From a virus: 64,000 nt of DNA. The notes under the pieces were generated by a model. The model had not been told where the DNA came from and searched no databases. It saw only the letters and a list, made by a program, of their open reading frames with translations. The DNA lies in the IMG/VR virus record IMGVR_UViG_3300044632_001218; one strand, 5' to 3'. Positions within the stretch are counted from its first letter, which is position 1. Every line of letters starts with the position of its first letter. Positions 57,010 to 64,000 of the stretch are shown in pieces. The position numbers and the translations under genes were made by a program.

Positions 57010-58530
57010 ATGGCACTTGGTCACTCACCACGAATAGTCACTGATGGAATGGTGCTGTATTTGGATGCAGCAAATCCAAAGAACTATAATCTCACAGAGG
57101 TTGAAGTTCTTGTGGTTGCTGGTGGTGGCGGAGGAGGATCCTTTAATGGTGGTGGTGGTGGTGCTGGCGGTTTAATATACAATAGAAACTTTGCCGTAAC
57201 TCCTGGTTCTGCAATTACTGTAACTGTAGGTGCCGGTGGTATTGGTGATGGAAGACCAGGAAACGGTGCTACTGGTGCTAGTGGAGCAGTGGGAACTAAT
57301 GGGGGAAATTCTGTATTTGGATCATTAACTGCTATTGGTGGTGGAGTTGGTGCATCTTATTCTGTAAGAACTTCTGGAGTATCTGGCGGATCTGGCGGGG
57401 GAAGTTGGGGGGCATTAAATTTTGCTAGTGGAACTGCTGGTCAAGGTAATGCTGGAGGAGGTGGATATCCTATAGGAAATAACTATACCGAAACTGCTGG
57501 AGGAGGTGGAGGTGCCGGAAGTAGTGGTGTTGATGGAGGAACATCTTCAAATCAACCTGGTGCTGGAGGACTTGGATTATTATTCAATATTAGTGGTAGT
57601 GTCCAATTTTATGCTGCTGGTGGTGGTGCTGGAGCAAATAGATTGGGTGGGTCTGCTTTAGGTGGGAGTGGGATAGGTGGAAATGGTGGCACCACATCAT
57701 CATTAGCAGGTGTGGCAGGAGTTTCTAATACTGGTAGTGGAGGTGGTGGCGCTGCTTATAACGGGTTTCCGGGTTCATCTGCTGACGGTGGTGCAGGTGG
57801 TTCAGGAATAGTAATAGTAAGATATCAAGGACCGCAAAAGGCAATAGGTGGAACGGTAACATCAGTTGGTGGTTATACAATTCATACCTTTACAACTGTT
57901 GGTTCTACTACATTTACCCCATTAGTTGCCACAAATAACTCTGCAATTCTTGGACTTTCAGATTTTTCTGGTAGAGGTAACTTTGGAACTTCAGTAAATG
58001 GACCGACTTATAATAGTGCTAATGCTGGTTCTTTGAGTTTTGATGGGACTGATGATTATGTTACTACAGGATTTACTAGAGGAACTTTAGGAAATTACTT
58101 AACATTGATTACCTGGTATAAGTATACTGGAACTGCAGGAAGAACTTATTCTGCTATAATAGGAGGCAAAGAAGCAGCCACTGAATTTTTCATAGGAAAA
58201 AACACTGGCAATACAGATATTGGAGTACAAGATGGAAACTATTATAGTAATTTTGTAACTGGTAGTAATGCTTTTGATGGAAACTGGCATCAAATTGTAT
58301 ATTCTTACGATAATGGAACTGGAAAAATATATTTGGATGGCACATTAAAAAACACCAATTCTTTCAGTAAGTGTAATGATGCAGAAGAAATAATAATTGG
58401 AGGTGAAACTGAAAGTAGTGGTTTTTATTTTAATGGAAATATTTCTCAAGTTTCTTTTTATAATCGTGTTCTAACAGCAACAGAAATCCAACAAAACTTT
58501 AATGCTCTTAGAGGCAGATTTGGAATCTAA
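57010..58530 (+). CDS. LamG/ConA-like lectin protein with inserted Gly-rich domain
   Basis: PRIVTDGMVLYLDAAN; VEVLVVAGGGGGG...GGSGIVIVRY; FDGTDD...WHQIV..Y.....IYLDG...YNRVL...EIQQNF. Confidence 0.8.
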   Translation: MALGHSPRIVTDGMVLYLDAANPKNYNLTEVEVLVVAGGGGGGSFNGGGGGAGGLIYNRNFAVTPGSAITVTVGAGGIGDGRPGNGATGASGAVGTNGGNSVFGSLTAIGGGVGASYSVRTSGVSGGSGGGSWGALNFASGTAGQGNAGGGGYPIGNNYTETAGGGGGAGSSGVDGGTSSNQPGAGGLGLLFNISGSVQFYAAGGGAGANRLGGSALGGSGIGGNGGTTSSLAGVAGVSNTGSGGGGAAYNGFPGSSADGGAGGSGIVIVRYQGPQKAIGGTVTSVGGYTIHTFTTVGSTTFTPLVATNNSAILGLSDFSGRGNFGTSVNGPTYNSANAGSLSFDGTDDYVTTGFTRGTLGNYLTLITWYKYTGTAGRTYSAIIGGKEAATEFFIGKNTGNTDIGVQDGNYYSNFVTGSNAFDGNWHQIVYSYDNGTGKIYLDGTLKNTNSFSKCNDAEEIIIGGETESSGFYFNGNISQVSFYNRVLTATEIQQNFNALRGRFGI

Positions 58531-58559
58531 ATAACAAAATAAAGAGAAACTGAAAGGGA

Positions 58560-60257
58560 ATGGGAATATCTTATAATCCAAGAATAGTTACTGATGGTCT
58601 TGTATTAGCACTTGATGGTGCAAATTTAAAAAGTTATAGTCAAAATGTTTTTCCTTATCCACTAGATGGATATTCTTGGGGAACCAGTGGATATCAAATG
58701 ACAGTATCTAGAGATACTTCAACTTCAAGTCCAGTTGGAAATTCTCCCTTAAAATTAGTAACATCAGGAACTTCTGCATATACTAATACATATAATTCAC
58801 TCCCATTTACTTTATCTCCTGCTGCACAAGGACAAACTTGGACATTTAGTTTTTGGGTAAAAGGAAGTTCATCATTCTCAGCATCTATGCTAATATTTGA
58901 GTCTAACTCAAGTGGAAATTATACTGCATATGGACAACCTTATTATAGTGTAACTACAGAATGGACTCGTGTTTCTGGTAGTTATACTATGACACAAGCA
59001 ACTACTGCTGGAGTACAAGTTAGAATAGATTGTTATGTTAATGGTGTGACACTATGGGTTGATGGATTTCAGTTAGAAAAAGCAAGTTCTGCATCTTCAT
59101 TTAATTCTATATCAAATACAAATGGAACCACTTGGAGAGATTTGATTGGTAATGGGAATACAGGAACTCTTACAAATGGACCGACTTATAGTAGTGCTAA
59201 TAATGGGTCTATTGTTTTTGATGGTGTTGATGATAGAATTGAATGTGGAACTTTCAGTGTTCCATATTTGACTGTTTCAACTTGGGTATATAAAACATCA
59301 TCAGCAACTAATCAAGGAATTTGTAGAAAAGAAACTGGATGGGCAGTGTCGCAATATAATGGAACTTTACAAGTAGCACCAGGAACTAGTTGGACTTTTT
59401 ATGATACTGGATATACAATTCCATTAAACACTTGGGTCAATATTGTTTATACTTATAGTGGTACTGGAACAACTGGTTCTCAAACTGTCTACATAAATGG
59501 TTCTAGTATATACAGCACTACTGCTGGTTCTGGTCCCATAACTGCAAATTCAAATGCAGTTAGAGTTGGATTTGACGATAATAATTGGTTTTGGGGTGGA
59601 AGAATATCAAACACACAAATATACAACAGAGCACTCTCGGCATCAGAAATCCAACAAAACTATAATGCTCTTAAAGGAAGATATGAAAAGGGAGGAATAA
59701 ACAATCCATTCACCAGTCCAACAGAAGCAAGATTATTGGGTTACACAAGTGGAGACTATTACTTCAAATCTGGAAGTATGTCTTCTCCACAATTACTTGA
59801 ATTCCAAAGAGATTATTATGAAAATAGAGGATGGGTTTGTGTCTTTAGGTCTCCATATCGTTCTACTGCAACTACCAATAAGATTGATTTGAATATTCCT
59901 ATGGATGGTCTTTTGGTCCAAAGAGATACATTAGATTTAAGAGGAGCAGTGTATTGGTCAACTCCAATTACTTATAATACTGTTCTTGGGTCAGGAAATA
60001 ATACTGCAGATAGTGGAACTGGATATGCAGGGTCTAATGCTCGTAGAGTTATGCTTGGAGGTGGTGGAGGTCATGGCATTTATCGTACAGATCAATCCCA
60101 ATGTAATTGGGGAAATTCCACAGGTGCAATTGGTGCTGGTTGGGATGGTGTTAATTGCGGATCTTTCCCTAATGATTTAGTTTGGGGAACTGGAAATGCC
60201 AATCCAGCATATGAGAACAGAAGTGGCACTTGGTCTCACTGGATTACTTGGAGTTGA
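58560..60257 (+). CDS. LamG protein with inserted CBM-like domain and an extra C-terminal domain
   Basis: PRIVTDGLVLALD; TFSFWVKG...WTRV...DGFQLE; GTTW.DL.GNGN.GTL.NG; YNRALS..EIQQNY. Confidence 0.8.
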   Translation: MGISYNPRIVTDGLVLALDGANLKSYSQNVFPYPLDGYSWGTSGYQMTVSRDTSTSSPVGNSPLKLVTSGTSAYTNTYNSLPFTLSPAAQGQTWTFSFWVKGSSSFSASMLIFESNSSGNYTAYGQPYYSVTTEWTRVSGSYTMTQATTAGVQVRIDCYVNGVTLWVDGFQLEKASSASSFNSISNTNGTTWRDLIGNGNTGTLTNGPTYSSANNGSIVFDGVDDRIECGTFSVPYLTVSTWVYKTSSATNQGICRKETGWAVSQYNGTLQVAPGTSWTFYDTGYTIPLNTWVNIVYTYSGTGTTGSQTVYINGSSIYSTTAGSGPITANSNAVRVGFDDNNWFWGGRISNTQIYNRALSASEIQQNYNALKGRYEKGGINNPFTSPTEARLLGYTSGDYYFKSGSMSSPQLLEFQRDYYENRGWVCVFRSPYRSTATTNKIDLNIPMDGLLVQRDTLDLRGAVYWSTPITYNTVLGSGNNTADSGTGYAGSNARRVMLGGGGGHGIYRTDQSQCNWGNSTGAIGAGWDGVNCGSFPNDLVWGTGNANPAYENRSGTWSHWITWS

Positions 60258-60278
60258 AATATAAATACCTAAAAAACT

Positions 60279-60608
60279 ATGTACGAATCAAGAAACTTTG
60301 CAATCTTCTCAACAACAGAAATTGATAAGATTGATTTCTCTCAAGTATGCGAAACAAGTGCAGAAACTCTACGCAGATCGGTTTCTGGTACTAAAACTTT
60401 CGTAAAGTGGGATCAAGGACCTTATGACCCAACACCTTATGAAATTACAAACGCAGAGACAAACGAAATAGAAACAATCATACCACAAGAACCACAACCA
60501 CCAAGTTTTATTAGTGAACTCACAACACTTGAAGGGATTTATAGTTACACAGAGATTTTAGAGATATTGAGTGGTGAGGAATGGGTGAGTATTATGGAGG
60601 GTATGTAA
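60279..60608 (+). CDS. Acidic hypothetical protein between LamG genes
   Basis: E.DKIDFSQVCETS.ETLR.S..GTKTFVKW; TATAAATA at 60260-60267. Confidence 0.7.
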   Translation: MYESRNFAIFSTTEIDKIDFSQVCETSAETLRRSVSGTKTFVKWDQGPYDPTPYEITNAETNEIETIIPQEPQPPSFISELTTLEGIYSYTEILEILSGEEWVSIMEGM

Positions 60609-60609
60609 G

Positions 60610-61308
60610 GTGGGTGTTTATGGTGGACCTACTAATTCTTGGATAAATCTAAGTCCTTCTAATTCACTAAATGGTTTAGTGACTAGTGGATTAGTTCTTG
60701 CTCTTGATGCTGGTAGGACTTTAAGTTATCCTGGTTCTGGAACCACTTGGACTGATTTGAGTGGTAATGGTAATACAGGAACACTGACGAATGGACCGAC
60801 TTATAGTAGTGCGAATTTTGGGTCTATTGTTTTTGATGGGGTTGATGATAAAGTATCAACAAACTATAAACCTTCTGGAGCAAGAAGTTATTTTATTTGG
60901 GTCAAATTTAGTTCTCTTACACATCCTTCTGGTTATCAACTGTCTGGAACTCAAGAAGTCAATGCCTATACTTACATAGGAATAGAAAATGGTGGTGGTG
61001 TATATTATTATGCTGGCGCAAATACTGGAGGAAACATTGGAAATCCAGTGACGGTTAATACTTGGGTAAATCTTGGATTTGTTTTGAATGCAGATGGTTC
61101 AAGAATTGTATATAAAAATGGAGTAAATATTCACTCTAATACTGGTGGTCTTGGCGGAACAGCAACACTAGAATTTTCAGTAGGTTGTATTAATAATAAT
61201 TACCACGTAAATGGAAACATAGCACAAGTCTCAATATACAACAGAGCACTCTCCGCAGCAGAAATCCAACAAAACTTTAATGCCACTCGTTCAAGATTTG
61301 GAATCTAA
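60610..61308 (+). CDS. Minimal LamG/ConA-like protein
   Basis: GTG start; GLVLALDAG...SYPGSGTTWTDLSGNGN; YNRALSAAEIQQNFNA.R.RFGI. Confidence 0.8.
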   Translation: MGVYGGPTNSWINLSPSNSLNGLVTSGLVLALDAGRTLSYPGSGTTWTDLSGNGNTGTLTNGPTYSSANFGSIVFDGVDDKVSTNYKPSGARSYFIWVKFSSLTHPSGYQLSGTQEVNAYTYIGIENGGGVYYYAGANTGGNIGNPVTVNTWVNLGFVLNADGSRIVYKNGVNIHSNTGGLGGTATLEFSVGCINNNYHVNGNIAQVSIYNRALSAAEIQQNFNATRSRFGI

Positions 61309-61327
61309 ACTCATCTAAATAATCAAT

Positions 61328-61360
61328 AACTCTTATATAAGAGTTTCTAAGGTATATACC
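61328..61360. repeat. Two adjacent perfect palindromes
   Basis: AACTCTTATATAAGAGTT (61328-61345) and GGTATATACC (61351-61360). Confidence 0.85.
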
Positions 61361-61374
61361 ACCACTGAGGATGA

Positions 61375-64000
61375 ATGAATACAAATCCTATAGTAAGAGT
61401 TAAACGTTCATTAGTTCAAGGCAAAGTACCTGAAATAACTCAACTTGGATTAGGTGAGTTAGCGATTAACCACTATGATGGAAAATTATTCATTCGTCAG
61501 GATACTCTTGGTGTTGGTATTGGAACTACTGTAGTTCAACTTGGAAATGTAGGACCTCAAGGGGCTCAAGGTTCTACAGGTGCTCAAGGTACTGCAGGAG
61601 CACAAGGAGTACAGGGAACTGCAGGAGCACAAGGAGCACAAGGAGCACAAGGAGCTCAAGGTGCTGTAGGAGCACAAGGTGCTCAAGGATTTCAAGGACC
61701 TCAAGGTGCTCAAGGAGCACAGGGAACTGCAGGAGCACAAGGTGCTCAAGGTACTGCAGGAGCACAAGGAGCACAGGGAACTGCAGGAGCACAAGGTGCA
61801 CAGGGAACTGCAGGAGCACAAGGTGCTCAAGGATTTCAAGGACCTCAAGGTGCTCAAGGAGCACAAGGTACTGCAGGAGCTCAAGGTGCTCAAGGTACTG
61901 CAGGAGCACAAGGAGATCAAGGTGCTGTAGGAGCACAAGGTGCTCAAGGATTTCAAGGACCTCAAGGTGCTCAAGGAGCACAGGGAACTGCAGGAGCTCA
62001 AGGATTTCAAGGACCTCAAGGTGCTCAAGGAGCACAGGGAACTGCAGGAGCACAGGGAACTGCAGGAGCTCAAGGATTTCAAGGACCTCAAGGTGCTCAA
62101 GGAGCACAGGGAACTGCAGGAGCACAAGGAGCACAAGGAGCACAAGGAGCACAAGGAGCACAAGGAGCACAAGGAGCACAGGGAACTGCAGGAGCACAAG
62201 GAGCACAAGGAGCACAGGGAACTGCAGGAGCTCAAGGTGCTCAAGGTACTGCAGGATCTCAAGGAGCACAGGGAACTGCAGGAGCACAAGGTGCACAAGG
62301 AGTTACTGGTCCAGTAGCAGGTTCTGCAAATCAAGTAGTTTATAAAGATGCATCAAATATTGCAACAGGTTCAGGTAATTTAACTTTTGATGGTTCTAAT
62401 CTTTATGTTGGAGGAAATATTACTGTCGGAGGAACTACAGCATTCCTTGCTGTAAATGAATTAAAAGTTACTGATAAAGATATTGTAGTTGGATATACAA
62501 CTAATGTATCTGGTGTTGAAATTTCAAATGATACTACTGCAAGTAGTGGTGGTATTGCAGTTGCTTCTACAATAGGAAGTCCTCTTATTAGTATGAATTC
62601 TGGTGGAGAACTCACACCAGATACTTATAAGCAACTAATGTGGTTCAAGTCTGGTGCTTTTACTGGACTGAATACTGATGCTTGGATATTTAACTATGGC
62701 GTTGGTATTGGTTCAACTCAAATTCCTTATGGAGTGAGATTTGCTGCTGGTGGAATGCAAGTTACTGATACTACAATAACAACTCCACAACTCCAAGTAA
62801 CTGGAATCTCAACCTTCACAAATGGTCCAGTACTGATTGGAAGTGGAACTTCTACAGGAACAGCATCACAACCACTTCAAGTTACTGGTGGTGCTTATGT
62901 TTCTGGTAATGTCGGTATAGGAACCACAAATCCACAAACAAAACTTCAAATTAATGGAGTGTTGGGATTTGGTGCGAATAATAACGCAAGAATTGGTGAT
63001 AGTACTACTGGTGCTTCCATTACTAGTGGTACTAATAATATCTTTATTGGTGCTAATGCAGGAAACAGTAATAATACTGGAAGTTCTAATATATTCTTAG
63101 GTCAACTTGCGGGATTCTCCAACCAAGGTGGACTTAGTAATGTCTTCCTTGGTAGTTCGGCAGGATATACCAACACAGGAAGTTCTAATGTCTTCTTTGG
63201 AAGTAATGCAGGATTCAATAACAGCAGTGGAGGTTCTAATAGTTTTATTGGTGTTGCTGCTGGAATTAGTAACCAAACTGGAAGTAATAATATTTTCCTT
63301 GGACCCAGAAGTGGTATTTCAGCAGCGGCATCTTATAAAGTTATAATTGGTAGTGGATACCTCTCTAATTATTTTGACTCTCCCAATACTACTAAGGATA
63401 CTCAATTTGCTGTTGGTGTAAGAACTGATGCTAATGCAAGTAAGTATTGGTTAGTTGGTGATGAGAACTTTAATATTGGTATAGGAACCACAAATCCAGG
63501 AGCAGGAATTAAACTTGATGTTGTTGGTGGAGAAATCAAGGCAGGTAGAATTGATACATTTAATGAAGGTGGTCAGTTAAGTTTTGGTAGAGCAACTGAT
63601 AATGCAACTGCTTGGTATATTGATGTTTATGGAAATACTTCAACACCAAATCTTCGTTTTGTTGATGTTAGTAATGCGGCAGTAAGAGCTCAAATTGATG
63701 GTTCTGGAAACTTTGTTTTTGAGAGTCCTATTGAATTAAATTCTACATTAAGGGACATTTATAATAATGTAGGTCTTGCTGGATCAGTTTTAAGTTCTAC
63801 TGGTTCTGGTGTAAGTTGGATACCTGCTGCATCAGGTGCTCAAGGTGCAACAGGAGCTCAAGGTGCAAGAGGACCACAGGGACCTCAAGGTGCTCAAGGT
63901 GCTACAGGAGCTACAGGAGCACAAGGAGCACAAGGTTCTATAGGACCTCAAGGATCACAAGGAACTACAGGAGCACAAGGTGCTCAAGGTACTCAAGGTA
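61375..64000 (+). CDS. Collagen-containing tail fibre (3' partial; absent from the ORF track because it has no stop)
   Basis: [19 protein letters not shown]...GELAIN..DGKLF; GAQ run about 61550-62300; N..IG..AG beta-helix repeats; second GAQ run from about 63830; no stop seen in the stretches I translated. Confidence 0.85.
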   Translation, partial: MNTNPIVRVKRSLVQGKVPEITQLGLGELAINHYDGKLFIRQDTLGVGIGTTVVQLGNVGPQGAQGSTGAQGTAGAQGVQGTAGAQGAQGAQGAQGAVGAQGAQGFQGPQGAQGAQGTAGAQGAQGTAGAQGAQGTAGAQGAQGTAGAQGAQGFQGPQGAQGAQGTAGAQGAQGTAGAQGDQGAVGAQGAQGFQGPQGAQGAQGTAGAQGFQGPQGAQGAQGTAGAQGTAGAQGFQGPQGAQGAQGTAGAQGAQGAQGAQGAQGAQGAQGTAGAQGAQGAQGTAGAQGAQGTAGSQGAQGTAGAQGAQGVTGPVAGSANQVVYKDASNIATGSGNLTFDGSNLYVGGNITVGGTTAFLAVNELKVTDKDIVVGYTTNVSGVEISNDTTASSGGIAVASTIGSPLISMNSGGELTPDTYKQLMWFKSGAFTGLNTDAWIFNYGVGIGSTQIPYGVRFAAGGMQVTDTTITTPQLQVTGISTFTNGPVLIGSGTSTGTASQPLQVTGGAYVSGNVGIGTTNPQTKLQINGVLGFGANNNARIGDSTTGASITSGTNNIFIGANAGNSNNTGSSNIFLGQLAGFSNQGGLSNVFLGSSAGYTNTGSSNVFFGSNAGFNNSSGGSNSFIGVAAGISNQTGSNNIFLGPRSGISAAASYKVIIGSGYLSNYFDSPNTTKDTQFAVGVRTDANASKYWLVGDENFNIGIGTTNPGAGIKLDVVGGEIKAGRIDTFNEGGQLSFGRATDNATAWYIDVYGNTSTPNLRFVDVSNAAVRAQIDGSGNFVFESPIELNSTLRDIYNNVGLAGSVLSSTGSGVSWIPAASGAQGATGAQGARGPQGPQGAQGATGATGAQGAQGSIGPQGSQGTTGAQGAQGTQG

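Noticed and set aside
53941-58559. AACTGA hexamer before three late start codons (near 53945, 54616, 58548)
   Set aside because: Short, variable spacing, and plausible by chance in A-rich leaders
57997-61276. Diversity-generating retroelement or shufflon behind the LamG repeats
   Set aside because: No reverse transcriptase or invertase in the window, all copies are direct and coding, and differences are not adenine-specific
61486-62334. Cys/Ser/Leu-rich 282-aa and 240-aa minus-strand ORFs and HKE-repeat plus-strand ORFs
   Set aside because: Same artefact; the real gene is the plus-strand frame starting at 61375

Overview
AT-rich segment of a T4-like cyanobacterial myovirus (cyanophage) genome. 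From left to right it holds: (1) a glycosyltransferase/epimerase cluster; (2) host-derived auxiliary genes (SLH-porin, pstS with a Pho box, two hli, petF, psbA); (3) a C39 peptidase/GH24 lysozyme lysis pair; (4) a second glycan cluster (glf, GT2s, two 2OG-Fe(II) oxygenases); (5) grx, speD, thyX, phoH, an exonuclease and T4 core genes 33, 59, 32; (6) baseplate/tail genes (53, 48, 2, 4, tube-like, 26, 51, two tape-measure-like lysins, hub, cp12, split gp5); (7) tRNA-Leu(UAA); and (8) a long fibre region with beta-helix, collagen (Gly-X-Gln), S74-chaperone and LamG proteins, the last ORF running off the window. The strongest candidate for an undescribed mechanism is a -1 ribosomal frameshift cassette (SD-like GGAGGG, about 9-10 nt, T_TTT_TTC) that would fuse gp26 to a gp51 frame whose first ATG is preceded by gp51-like residues, directly upstream of the tape-measure-like genes, as in lambda G/GT. 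Other notable signals: a porin+PstS phosphate-uptake module, a recurring GTCAG-N6-CTGAC dyad at photosynthesis/stress promoters, three LamG cassettes with identical nucleotide anchors around divergent cores, a shared late-leader motif, and a G-free 9-nt repeat leader on gene 32. All family assignments come from motif recognition by eye; no database searches were run.
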